Origin: Spirulina sp.
GTDB taxonomy: Bacteria; Cyanobacteriota; Cyanobacteriia; Phormidesmidales; Phormidesmidaceae
Reading direction: 5' to 3'
DNA: 64,000 nt
Assembly: GCA_044070495.1 (NCBI GenBank)
Contig: JBIPSI010000009.1
Location: forward strand, 64,001-128,000
In this document: in pieces, positions 29,166-38,998 of the stretch
Layout of the letters: each line of letters opens with the position of its first letter
How positions within the stretch are numbered: position 1 is the stretch's first letter
Made by a program: the position numbers and the translations under genes
Notes under the pieces: model-generated
What the model saw: only the letters and a program-made list of their open reading frames with translations
Database searches by the model: none
Told to the model about the DNA's origin: nothing

Positions 29166-29256
29166 GATCAGTTTCCCCCATAGCGACTGCAACACCGCCC
29201 GACTTGGATGAATTCTCCTGGTCGCAACGGTACCGCTCACTCCTTTATCCTAAAGG

Positions 29257-29940
29257 TTAAGGTTCGGTATTCCCTGCAACCTGCCGCAAATCTTCGCAAA
29301 AGGCAGTGATAGCACTGATCACCGAGGGCAAAATTTCATGACCCATAGCCACGGCTTGGAAAGCTACGGGTTGCCCCTGCTGCTCTAGGGCGTCTTTGGC
29401 CTCCTGGGCATTTTCGATGGGAACTACGGGATCGAAGGTGCCGTGTACCATCATCACCGGGCGCGGCGTTACAGGGGAATGAAGCCTGCCGTGACAGTAA
29501 CCGCTGAGGATAATCTGCCCCGCCAAGGGCAACTGGCCACCCATATCAATGGTCATGGCTCCCCCCTGGGAAAACCCCGCCAAAATGGTGCGTTCTAGGG
29601 GAATTTGGCTGGTATCGGCTAAGTTCAACAGCCAATCCTTCAACATCTGCCGACTGGTTTGCAGATCGGCCTGCTGTTCAAAATCGTGGGGTTGGCGAAA
29701 ATCGTACCCCCAAGGGAAGCCGTACCACATGCGGCCCCCCGGCACCTGGGGATGGGGGTGGGGCGCATCGGGGAAGGTCATGGCAAAGTGGGGCAGCTTG
29801 AGATAAGGAGCCAAGCCCGCCAAATCCGCCGCATTGGCCCCCCAGCCGTGTAGCGCCACTAAATGCCAACTTGCCGCGCCCGCCGCCGCTGGGTAGGTGA
29901 GGGTATCAAGACTCAAGACGACCTCCAAGGGCGAAAACAT
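29257..29940 (-). CDS. Alpha/beta hydrolase, phospholipase/carboxylesterase family
   Basis: LHGWGAN, GFSQGG, HGTFDPVV, MGHEI. Confidence 0.92.
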   Translation of the reverse strand: MFSPLEVVLSLDTLTYPAAAGAASWHLVALHGWGANAADLAGLAPYLKLPHFAMTFPDAPHPHPQVPGGRMWYGFPWGYDFRQPHDFEQQADLQTSRQMLKDWLLNLADTSQIPLERTILAGFSQGGAMTIDMGGQLPLAGQIILSGYCHGRLHSPVTPRPVMMVHGTFDPVVPIENAQEAKDALEQQGQPVAFQAVAMGHEILPSVISAITAFCEDLRQVAGNTEP

Positions 29941-30002
29941 CCCTATATCCCAAAACCATACCGCAGAATCCCAGGTCAGGCATCAGCGGTTGCCATCGCC
30001 AC

Positions 30003-30033
30003 AAAAAACGGGCACGGGGTTTCCCCCCTGCCC
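30003..30033 (-). terminator. Rho-independent terminator of the PTPA-CTERM gene
   Basis: GGGCA-GGGG/CCCC-TGCCC stem followed by a T6 tract on the minus strand. Confidence 0.6.
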
Positions 30034-30063
30034 AACTCTAGGTATGAAAGAGCGGATCTAAAA

Positions 30064-30753
30064 CTAGGCGTTTTCCTCCACAGCCTCCTCAGACTTCTTG
30101 CGCCGCAGGGCCACCACACCCATGCCGATCAGGCCGGGTAGCAGAGCTGGAGTGGGAACAACCTCAAAAGAATGGTTGTCACTTTCAAAGGCCCGTGAAG
30201 TAGAAGCCAGGACGACTTGGTCGAAAACGCCGCCCCCAGAGAAGCGTACATACTGGGTTGACGCCGCTCCGGCCCCACCAAAAGCGAAGTTACTTAGTCC
30301 CAACTCGTTGACAACCTGCGTTCCGGTAAAGGTCTCAAGCAAGCTTCCGCCATTGAAGAATGAAATTGAATTGTAGGTATCAATTGAACCCCACTGCAAA
30401 CCAAAGGCAGTCAGCTTCTTAGAAAAGGAAATCGTTGTTGACCCACTATTTGCTGCCGTTCCAACCGTAAGATACTGACTGGTGTTATCAAAAGGAGCAA
30501 GATACTGCCCACCGACAGAACCCTGAACGACTTGCCCATTGCTAACAGGGTCAGCAGAATAGGTGGCGATGCCACTGGTGTAGGTACTATTGAGTGGGCC
30601 AAGAGTCGCGTCCTCAAAGTCAATGACATTGCTGAACTCAGAACCTGTTGTAATATTAAAGGCTTGGGCGGGTTGAGAAAGGGCTACAACCGTTCCGGCA
30701 ATTACGGTTAAAGCCAGGGAGGCTGTAACTTTACTTGGCAAATTAGTCATCAT
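30064..30753 (-). CDS. Exosortase-dependent surface protein with a PTPA-CTERM sorting signal (Npun_F0296-like)
   Basis: Signal peptide ending AQA, WGSIDTYN..FESDNH domain, C-terminal VPTPALLPGLIGMGVVALRRKK; visibly lower GC. Confidence 0.88.
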   Translation of the reverse strand: MMTNLPSKVTASLALTVIAGTVVALSQPAQAFNITTGSEFSNVIDFEDATLGPLNSTYTSGIATYSADPVSNGQVVQGSVGGQYLAPFDNTSQYLTVGTAANSGSTTISFSKKLTAFGLQWGSIDTYNSISFFNGGSLLETFTGTQVVNELGLSNFAFGGAGAASTQYVRFSGGGVFDQVVLASTSRAFESDNHSFEVVPTPALLPGLIGMGVVALRRKKSEEAVEENA

Positions 30754-31451
30754 TTAAACCTCAAAGTGCGAAATCGAAAAAAAGATCATGGATTTTTTCG
30801 AGACTTGTCAGGTCAAGAACCTGAAATCGAACCGTTAAGATGCACGTTTGGGGTAGATGCCACATACACACCCATAGAAAAGACTTGTGCAGGACACAGG
30901 TCATAACCTACCCTTGGTAGTTTCATTACCGAGACGGCTTTCTATGGTCATCCTGATAGGTCAATAATTACGTGAGTTTACCGAGGACACAGCACCTTAG
31001 CGGGCAAGTTCATCAAAGCTTCAAAAGCCTTTTTCTGTAATCGGCAAGCAGGAGATCCTTTGCTCTATCAGACCTCTCCATGCCTTAGAACCTCCGCTGG
31101 GAAAGCGTTTCAGTAATCTGTACTTACAGCCTATAGATGAGTGGTTCCTCAACGAAGCGATGAACGAACACTTAGATGAACGCTTAGATCACGGTGGTTG
31201 ATTGGTAGTGCAACCCCAAAATTCAGTAGATTTCCCTGGTTCTTAGCGGAGGGAGTGATGGACAAAGATGCTAGAACGCTCCTCACACAATGTAAGCCAT
31301 CATTTCCTTGAAATCTACTGAGCTAGTAAATACACTGAGTTTTCTTTAAAGATGAGGCGGAAACTATGAGGTTTAGATAAGGCGAGGGTAATTTCCCGGA
31401 TCAAGCCCGTGCCCGTACCCATGACTTATCCCCCCATCTATCCCTTCATCC

Positions 31452-33674
31452 CTAAAGGGTCAGCAGGGCCATTTTGGGGGCGGCTTCCTTGGCGATGATG
31501 CCCAGCAGTGGAATCTTGGAGACCCAGAGTCGTTCCAGGATGTGCTCTAGCTGGGCAGATTTGACGGTGCCGAGGGAAGACACCAGGGTGAGGCCGCTGG
31601 CGTCGGCGGCAATTAGGGCGGCGTCGGCGTAGTCGGCGAAGGGGGGGGCGTCGTAGATAATCAGGTCAAAGTAGGCTTCGGTTTTGGTGATGAATTGGCG
31701 CAGGCGGTGGGCCGAGAGCAGCCGAACGGGGTCGTGGGTGCTGCTGCCTGCCGTGAGCACAAACAGGTTGGGTTCTAGGGGCGACCGTTTGATGGCGTGT
31801 TTGAGGTCGAGTTCTCCGGCCAGAATGTTGCTGAGGCCGTGTTGGTTGGGCAGTTCTAGGAAGGTGTGCAGGTGGGGAAAGCGGAAGTCGGCATCGATCA
31901 GCAGGACACGCTTGCCCATTTCGGCGGTGGCCCAAGCCAGGTAGGCGGCGGTGGTGGAGTCGGTGACGTCGGCTTCGACGGAACTCATCACCACGGATCG
32001 GATCGGTTGGGGGCTGTCGATGCGCTGGAGGTTAGCGGCCAGGGAACGGAAGGCTTCTTTGTAGGCGTGGAGGCCATTGGGGGGCACGCTGCCATTGCCT
32101 AGAGAGGAGGCCCCCTCGGTATCCAGGGTTGACCCTCGCTGATAGAGCTTGAGCAAATGGGCTTCGTCGTAGCCCCGTTCCACCACCTCGTTGTGGGGAA
32201 TCAGCCCCAGCATGGGGACGGGGGTGATCCGCTTGAGGTCGCTGGGGGTGTAGATCACATCTTTCTGGGCATCGAGGGCCAGGGCCACACCCACGCCAAG
32301 CAGGAGTCCTAGCACAATTCCTAGGGCCAGGTTGCGGGGCAGGCTGGTGTTGCTAATGGTGAGGGTGGGAGGGGTGATCAGTTCCCAGGGCAGTTCCCGC
32401 TGGGCGGATTCGATTTGGAGGGCTTCGCGACGGGCCAACAGTTGGGTGAGATTGTCGGTGGCAATGGCCAGCTCGCGTTCTAGGTCGCTAAACTGTCGGG
32501 CCACCGCCGCCAGGGAATCCACCTCCACATTGAGGGAGGCGAGGGTGCGTCGTAGGGATTCTTCACGGGTGGCGAGACCCTCAATCTGGAGGGCGAGTTC
32601 TTGCTGGGCGTTACTGCCCTCGCGAGCCAGGAGGCTTAGTAAATTTTGACGCTGTTCCTTAAGCACTTGAAGATCGGGGCTGGTGTCTAGGAACAGGGTG
32701 GAGGCTGCCGCGATTTCGTTATCGAGCCTGAGTAGTTCTTGCACCAGCGCTTGGTAGCGACTGTTGCTGCTCAGCACCGGGGAGACCGCCTGATCCTGGG
32801 GCCGTTGTCGCAGCTGTTGTTGCAGTCCGTCGTAGAGGTTGAGGGTGCCCTCTAGCTCCACCAGCACATTTAAATATTCACTCTCGTAGTTGTTGATTTG
32901 GGAGGTGAGTTGGCTACCGCGAGACTCTGGGGTAATCAGATTGTTGCCCTGGCGCAGGTTTTCTAGCTCAATCTGAAGGCTGTCTACCTGGTCTCGCACT
33001 TCGGGCAGTTTTTCATCCAAAAAGGCAATCCCCTGCTGAATATCCCGCTGGCGCGATTCCAGGCCATAGTCCAAAAACCGCTGGGCAATTAAATCAGCAA
33101 TGCGCTGTACCTCCTGGGGCGATCTCCCCACCATCTGCGCCCGAAAAATACGGCTGGCCTGGACGTTGCTGCCCCTGGGCACCTCCGTTAGCTCAATATT
33201 GAGGGCCTGACGCACCTGGCGATAGCACTGCTCCTCGGCCTGAATCTGCAAGCCCGATCCTGATGCATCAGGATCGGGCGCTAAAAAGGCGACGCTACAG
33301 ATGGGCAGGTTTTCCGTTTTAATTTGCTCGATGACGGGTTCCAATACCCCCGGACTGGTGAGAATCCTCACCTGGTCATCCAGGCTCAGCATCAAATCAT
33401 TGGGCTGTACTGTTTGGCCCACAATGGACGAAGCCACCTGGGCTTCCCCGGTAGGGGGTTGAATCAAAATTTCAAACAGGGCCGAGTAGGTGGGCGGATT
33501 GAGCCTTGCCCGCAGACCCGCGACGGCACCTACCGCCGCTGTAATCGCCAGGATGAGTAAGGCTTTGCGCCGCAGGGTCGAAAAAACTCGCCCTAGGTCT
33601 AGCACCTCATCGCTAGGCCCGTTGGGGGTGGTTTCGGCGGCCAGCGGCACGAGATTGATAGAGTCGGCTTTCAT
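31452..33674 (-). CDS. Wzc/GumC-like polysaccharide chain-length protein with a degenerate kinase domain
   Basis: Wzz-type N-terminus, coiled coil, second transmembrane helix, EAFRSL, LIDADFR, IIYDAPP. Confidence 0.88.
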   Translation of the reverse strand: MKADSINLVPLAAETTPNGPSDEVLDLGRVFSTLRRKALLILAITAAVGAVAGLRARLNPPTYSALFEILIQPPTGEAQVASSIVGQTVQPNDLMLSLDDQVRILTSPGVLEPVIEQIKTENLPICSVAFLAPDPDASGSGLQIQAEEQCYRQVRQALNIELTEVPRGSNVQASRIFRAQMVGRSPQEVQRIADLIAQRFLDYGLESRQRDIQQGIAFLDEKLPEVRDQVDSLQIELENLRQGNNLITPESRGSQLTSQINNYESEYLNVLVELEGTLNLYDGLQQQLRQRPQDQAVSPVLSSNSRYQALVQELLRLDNEIAAASTLFLDTSPDLQVLKEQRQNLLSLLAREGSNAQQELALQIEGLATREESLRRTLASLNVEVDSLAAVARQFSDLERELAIATDNLTQLLARREALQIESAQRELPWELITPPTLTISNTSLPRNLALGIVLGLLLGVGVALALDAQKDVIYTPSDLKRITPVPMLGLIPHNEVVERGYDEAHLLKLYQRGSTLDTEGASSLGNGSVPPNGLHAYKEAFRSLAANLQRIDSPQPIRSVVMSSVEADVTDSTTAAYLAWATAEMGKRVLLIDADFRFPHLHTFLELPNQHGLSNILAGELDLKHAIKRSPLEPNLFVLTAGSSTHDPVRLLSAHRLRQFITKTEAYFDLIIYDAPPFADYADAALIAADASGLTLVSSLGTVKSAQLEHILERLWVSKIPLLGIIAKEAAPKMALLTL

Positions 33675-33756
33675 CCCTGATTCTGGTAGGTAAACAACGG
33701 GGTGGGAACACGGCGGTCGAGATGCCAACGGACACGGATCGGGCATTTATCAAGCC

Positions 33757-35319
33757 CTAATCAAACAAATTCAGCAGGCGGAAGGGCGCAGCAAAGATAG
33801 AGAGAAGGCCGCCGATGGGATTAGCCACACTGCCCACGGTGTCGGAGAACTGGGCGAGGCCGCTGGTTCCGACGATGATGATGTCGTTGTTTTGCAAGGC
33901 CGGGTTGTTCTCATCGTCGATGCCGAGGGCAAAGTCGATGGAAATCTCCCGCTGGGTAACGCTGCCGTCGGGATTGAGACGAATGAGACCCACCACATCC
34001 TCCTGGGCACGGGTGTTAAAGCCCCCCGCCGCCAAGATGCCCTGGTTGAGGGTGCTATTGGGGGGAACCTCCACCGGCCCACTCCGCTGCACCTCGCCCA
34101 CCACATTGATGCGAATGGTGTTGGGGGAAAAGCTGGCCCCCGCCACCTGGGTCGCTTCCTCTGGGGTGATGGCCGCCGTAGCGGTGGGAATAAACACTGT
34201 GTCTCCCTCCTGGAGGATGGCGTTTTGCCGGGTTTCGCCCGTTTGCAGCAGGCTCCACAAATCCACCGAGAACACTTCCTCGCGGCCACTGCGGGTCAGC
34301 CGTCGCACCTGCACCTGGCGAATGTTGGCCCTGGGTTTAATGCCCCCGGCAATCTGAATGGCATCGCTCACCTTCACCGGGCTAACGCTGGCTCCCCCTT
34401 CACCACCGGGCAGTCCGGCATCGCCCGTGCGGGTTGGCCCGCCGCGCAGGGTATAGGCCCCCGGTCGAAACACCTCCCCCACCACCGCAATGGTGATCGG
34501 TCGGGTGAGGTCGGCAGAAAACGTGGCCGAGGCCAGAATGGGAGCCTCCTCCAGGGGCACCAGGGTGGAGGGAATATAAATGCTATCCCCATCGCGCAAC
34601 ACCACATCCTGGTTGAGGTTGCCCGTGTTGATCAGGTCCCACAGGTTGGCGGTGAAGAGTTGGGATCGGCCCTGGTGCTGCCGACGCACCTCCACCTGGC
34701 GCAGGTCGGCACTTTGGGTAATCCCCCCCGCCGCCTCTAGCAACTGGGTCAGCTTCGGAAAAGAGGTGCCCTCAATCCGTAGGGCGTAGGCTCCAGGCCG
34801 GTTAATTTCCCCGGCAATGGCCACCACCAAGGGCCGACGGGCCAGTAAATTCACGGTCACCACCGGACGCCGTAGGTACTGGCTGTAGCGCTGGGCAATG
34901 CGATCCGAGGCCGACTCCAAGTCCAGCCCCTGCACCGACACATTCCCCACCAGGGGCAAACTCAGGGTGCCATCCACCTGCACCTCAAACTCGCCGCTGT
35001 ACTGGGGCAACCGAAACAGCGCCACCTGGAGTCGATCCCCTGGCCCCAGGGTGTAGGGATCATTCAGGGCTGGGGCCGTCACGGCAGCGGGACGAGGGGG
35101 AACCGCCATCCCAGGCTGAGGGGTGGGTCGGGAGTTGGGCTGGGCCAAGGGTTGGGTTTCCCCCATGCTGCGGGGCATTCGCTGGGCGAGGGCAGCCTGA
35201 CCGCTTAAACCCATGGCGAGCAGAAAACTCAGTCCTGCCACTCCAACCAGCCAGGGTTGACCCAGGGGGAGAGCCTTGCGTCCAGCGTTGGGCCATAGAC
35301 CCATCTCAGCGTTGGCCAT
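33757..35319 (-). CDS. Wza-like polysaccharide export protein with SLBB repeats
   Basis: YTLGPGD, DGTLSLPLVG, repeated VxGEVxRPG / AGG / LxDGD; start codon uncertain. Confidence 0.9.
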   Translation of the reverse strand: MANAEMGLWPNAGRKALPLGQPWLVGVAGLSFLLAMGLSGQAALAQRMPRSMGETQPLAQPNSRPTPQPGMAVPPRPAAVTAPALNDPYTLGPGDRLQVALFRLPQYSGEFEVQVDGTLSLPLVGNVSVQGLDLESASDRIAQRYSQYLRRPVVTVNLLARRPLVVAIAGEINRPGAYALRIEGTSFPKLTQLLEAAGGITQSADLRQVEVRRQHQGRSQLFTANLWDLINTGNLNQDVVLRDGDSIYIPSTLVPLEEAPILASATFSADLTRPITIAVVGEVFRPGAYTLRGGPTRTGDAGLPGGEGGASVSPVKVSDAIQIAGGIKPRANIRQVQVRRLTRSGREEVFSVDLWSLLQTGETRQNAILQEGDTVFIPTATAAITPEEATQVAGASFSPNTIRINVVGEVQRSGPVEVPPNSTLNQGILAAGGFNTRAQEDVVGLIRLNPDGSVTQREISIDFALGIDDENNPALQNNDIIIVGTSGLAQFSDTVGSVANPIGGLLSIFAAPFRLLNLFD

Positions 35320-36175
35320 GGCAGCGGTCTTGCAATGGTGGGGCGGCGGCATCATCGGTGGCATAGGATGTAACTCCCTAAATCGGGGGGCGAGGGCTGT
35401 GTGTGCCCTAGATTCGAGGGTTCGAGGGCATGGGTGAACCAAACGTTCTAGCCATGCCCTCGGCGGATTAGCCAAGGTCGGCCCAGTCCAATATCCGAGG
35501 TAGCTTTACCAAATCCGTAAGGTTCTAGCCCTCACCCTGGAATTCCCGGAGGTCTTCACGAAACCTTCGCAGTGGGGCAGGCCGAGGCAAGATTCGCTAA
35601 AGTGAGTTCGGTATTTTTACGGGTTTTAGGTTATTGTGGCAAAGTGATTGTCAGATTAGTAAGACCCATGGCGTTCCGTTATGGGGTTTACACCGAGTCT
35701 CAGGGTTCTCGTTCAAGCGGTGTATCACCAACTTTTTCAGGGTTGAGACAGCCTCCATTGCCTATCCCTCCATGTCGGCAATGTTCATCTGTCAGATTTA
35801 TCTCAGGGATCTAGTCCTGCGGTGCGCTCGTTTCTAAGCGTGTTAATCGCTAGGATTTTTTAGCTTACAATCTACCAAAATGGATGCACCCTAAGGCACT
35901 GGGCTGCACTCCTAAAAAGTTTATGTTTTTTAGGGAACATCCCTCAAAATCGAGAGTCTTTTCCCTTCCAGCACACGAAACAGGATTTAATTTTTGCGCT
36001 TTAGTGAACTTTTTAGCCGCATGGTCGTCGAAAGATGCCAAGGCCAATATCCATGACCGATTTGATCTTTACCTAGCCACATTAGTGCCTGATCCCTCTT
36101 TTACTTAGCCACTTTTCTAACGACAAATCCTATCGGGGCGTCTACCACAGATTGTCCTTTTCAGCCCTTAGGATC

Positions 36176-36985
36176 ATGTCAAACCTTAAGCGTGTCATCT
36201 GTGAGCCTGTTCTTGGATTTTCTATTGCGGCGAGTTCCTTTGCCGATCAAATTGAACTCATCATGCAGTGGGGGCACCAGCGCCTTGGTCGAGTGGTGTG
36301 TGTGGCCAATGTTCACATGCTGATGGAGGCTCGCTGGAATCCCAACTTTGCCAGTGTTTTACGCCGTGCCGATTTGTTAACCCCCGACGGGATGCCCCTG
36401 GTGTGGACGCTGAATTTGCTCCGCAAAAGCACCCACGACCGAGTGGCTGGAATGTATATTCTGCGCGAGGTGTGCCAACGGGCAGAGCAAACAGGCTTGG
36501 GGGTTTATTTCCTGGGTACCGATGCCGATACCCTGGCAAAAATGCAACAACGGTTGCGCCAAGAGTTTCCCTATCTCAATATTGCGGGTATGGAACCTCT
36601 ACCCTTTCGTCCCCTAACCGCTGAGGAGGATCGGCAGGTGGTAGATGCCATAAACCATAGTGGTGCTGGCATTTTATTTGTGGCCCTAGGTTGCCCTAAG
36701 CAAGAAATTTGGATGCACCAGCACCGCCATAAAATTCAGGCGGCCATGGTGGGGGTGGGCGGCGTTTTTCCGGTCTATGCTGGCATCAAAAAACACGCCC
36801 CTCATTGGGTTCAGGCTTCTGGTTTAGAGTGGCTCTATCGTCTATCCCAAGAACCGGGTCGGCTGTGGAAACGCTATGCCCTAACCATTCCCCCCTTTGT
36901 TTACCTATCGGCCAAACAGGTGGTAGTGACCCGCGTCCATCGTCGGCTGAATCGGGTTTTCTCTGGGATGAGTGGGCAAGCCTAG
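36176..36985 (+). CDS. WecB/TagA/CpsF family glycosyltransferase
   Basis: NVHMLMEA, PDGMPLVW, ALGCPKQE, GVGGVF, GLEWLYRL..EPGRLWKRY. Confidence 0.93.
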   Translation: MSNLKRVICEPVLGFSIAASSFADQIELIMQWGHQRLGRVVCVANVHMLMEARWNPNFASVLRRADLLTPDGMPLVWTLNLLRKSTHDRVAGMYILREVCQRAEQTGLGVYFLGTDADTLAKMQQRLRQEFPYLNIAGMEPLPFRPLTAEEDRQVVDAINHSGAGILFVALGCPKQEIWMHQHRHKIQAAMVGVGGVFPVYAGIKKHAPHWVQASGLEWLYRLSQEPGRLWKRYALTIPPFVYLSAKQVVVTRVHRRLNRVFSGMSGQA

Positions 36986-37077
36986 GGATGGAAAAATTTC
37001 CTAGGAGTGAGGGATTTTGTCCTGATTAGCAGCTCATCCCTAGAACCTATTAGTTACGTTGATGTAAAGGGTTTCCC

Positions 37078-37506
37078 ATGGCAGAACAACGCACTCGCAA
37101 TCGCAAACGGTCTAAGCGACGGGCGATTTTTTGCCCCATCCACCAGGTTTACCTCGATAGTGTCAGCCAAAAGCATCCCCTCTTTGCCAGCAAGGCCGAA
37201 CACCTGCAACAACGGGGCATGGGCCGACGCAACGCCCTCACATTAATGGCTCACCAAGCCAGTGTGCCGCTGGTGGGCGAATGGCTAGAGGCATTTTGGT
37301 GCGATCACTGCCAAGAAAATCAGTGGTACCACGTTCGTAAAACCGATGCCAATGCCTACGACCTGACCCCAGCCCCCCAGGAGCTTTGGATGCAGGCGTC
37401 GGGGGTAATTTTGCCCACGGGCAACCCCAGCGTGGGGGAATTTACCCGTCGCCAGTCCCGCCAAACCCGCTTTGCCGGGGTGAAGGACTTCTACCGCATG
37501 GGCTAG
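37078..37506 (+). CDS. Hypothetical protein with CPxH and CxxC motifs in the EPS cluster
   Basis: 142 aa ORF with a basic N-terminus, FCPIH, FWCDHC, GNPSVGEF. Confidence 0.78.
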   Translation: MAEQRTRNRKRSKRRAIFCPIHQVYLDSVSQKHPLFASKAEHLQQRGMGRRNALTLMAHQASVPLVGEWLEAFWCDHCQENQWYHVRKTDANAYDLTPAPQELWMQASGVILPTGNPSVGEFTRRQSRQTRFAGVKDFYRMG

Positions 37507-37532
37507 GAATCTCGTTCATTTCTCGTAGTCTC

Positions 37533-37617
37533 GTAGGTTGGGTGGCGCGATAGCAGAACCCAACAATTCCTAGATTCTCACAGAGCGTTGGGTTTCGATT
37601 TCTTGTACCCAAACTGC
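37533..37617. repeat. GTAG-type REP doublet (REPIN-like), right arm degenerate
   Basis: GTAGGTTGGGT..ACCCAAC..GTTGGGTT..ACCCAA. Confidence 0.85.
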
Positions 37618-37718
37618 CCTTGCGATAGGTCAGCCCAGCAGGGGTTAGGCGATGAGGTTTGAGGAAATGGTGTTTCCATGCACCGATTGATTTTCAGTTG
37701 TTTATTCCAGCAGTGACT

Positions 37719-38801
37719 ATGACCAGTTCTAAGAAAGCATTGATTACGGGTATTACAGGGCAAGATGGTTCTTACTTAAGCGAATTATTATTAGAAAAAG
37801 GCTATGAAGTTCACGGTATTATTCGTCGTACATCGACCATTAACACCGACCGGATTGATCATCTCTATGAAGACCCCCATAGCGACGGTGCCCGCCTGTT
37901 TTTGCACTACGGTGATCTGACGGACGGCACCACCCTGCGTCGCATTCTAGAAGAGGTGCAGCCCACCGAAATCTATAACCTAGGGGCGCAATCCCACGTT
38001 CGGGTGAGCTTCGATTCCCCGGAATATACCGCCGATGCCGTGGGCATGGGCACCCTGCGTCTGCTGGAGGCGATCCGCGACTATCGCCAGCGCACCGGGG
38101 TAGATGTGCGCTACTACCAGGCCGGATCCTCGGAAATGTATGGCAAGGTGCAGGCGGTGCCCCAAAGCGAAACCACCCCCTTCTACCCCCGCAGCCCCTA
38201 CGCCTGCGCCAAGGTCTATGCCCACTGGCAGACCATCAACCACCGCGAATCCTACGGCATGTTTGCCTGCAACGGCATTTTGTTTAACCACGAATCGCCG
38301 CGCCGGGGCGAAACCTTTGTTACCCGCAAAATTACCCGTGCCGTGGCCCGCATTGTGGCTGGCAGGCAAAACAAAATCTACATGGGCAACCTCGACGCCA
38401 AGCGCGACTGGGGCTATGCCAAGGACTACGTCAAAGCCATGTGGCTGATGCTGCAACAGGAGGCCCCCGACGACTATGTGGTGGCCACCGGAGAAACCCA
38501 CTCTGTGCGCGAGTTTTTGGAACTCGCCTTTGGCCATGTCAACCTCAACTGGGAAGACTACGTCGCCTTTGACGAGCGCTACCTGCGCCCCGCCGAGGTG
38601 GATTTGCTGATTGGCGACCCCACCAAGGCCAAGGCCCAACTGGGTTGGGAGCCTTCGGTAACCTTGGAGGAACTGGTTTATCTGATGGTGGAAGCGGATC
38701 TCCAGGCCCTAGGACTCGTCACCCTCAACGGCAGCGCCGCCACCAGCGTCCTCGACCGGGCTACCCTGCGCCTAGCCGGGGAAAGTTTGGCCGTGGGCTA
38801 G
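37719..38801 (+). CDS. gmd: GDP-mannose 4,6-dehydratase
   Basis: [50 protein letters not shown]. Confidence 0.98.
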   Translation: MTSSKKALITGITGQDGSYLSELLLEKGYEVHGIIRRTSTINTDRIDHLYEDPHSDGARLFLHYGDLTDGTTLRRILEEVQPTEIYNLGAQSHVRVSFDSPEYTADAVGMGTLRLLEAIRDYRQRTGVDVRYYQAGSSEMYGKVQAVPQSETTPFYPRSPYACAKVYAHWQTINHRESYGMFACNGILFNHESPRRGETFVTRKITRAVARIVAGRQNKIYMGNLDAKRDWGYAKDYVKAMWLMLQQEAPDDYVVATGETHSVREFLELAFGHVNLNWEDYVAFDERYLRPAEVDLLIGDPTKAKAQLGWEPSVTLEELVYLMVEADLQALGLVTLNGSAATSVLDRATLRLAGESLAVG

Positions 38802-38850
38802 GTAGTCGGCGAAATCTTGTGATATGACATACCTAAAATAGTGCATCCCC

Positions 38851-38935
38851 GTAGGTTGGGTGGAACGGAGTGTAACCCAACAATCCCCAAGGATTTAGGG
38901 TTTGTTGGGTTCTGCTATCGCGCCACCCAACCTAC
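38851..38935. repeat. GTAG-type REP doublet
   Basis: GTAGGTTGGGTGG...CCACCCAACCTAC. Confidence 0.9.
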
Positions 38936-38998
38936 ATGTTGAACTGTGTCGCACCAGCACAATTGGTCTAGCCTTGTGTCTGTTCCACGGACAAGGTT

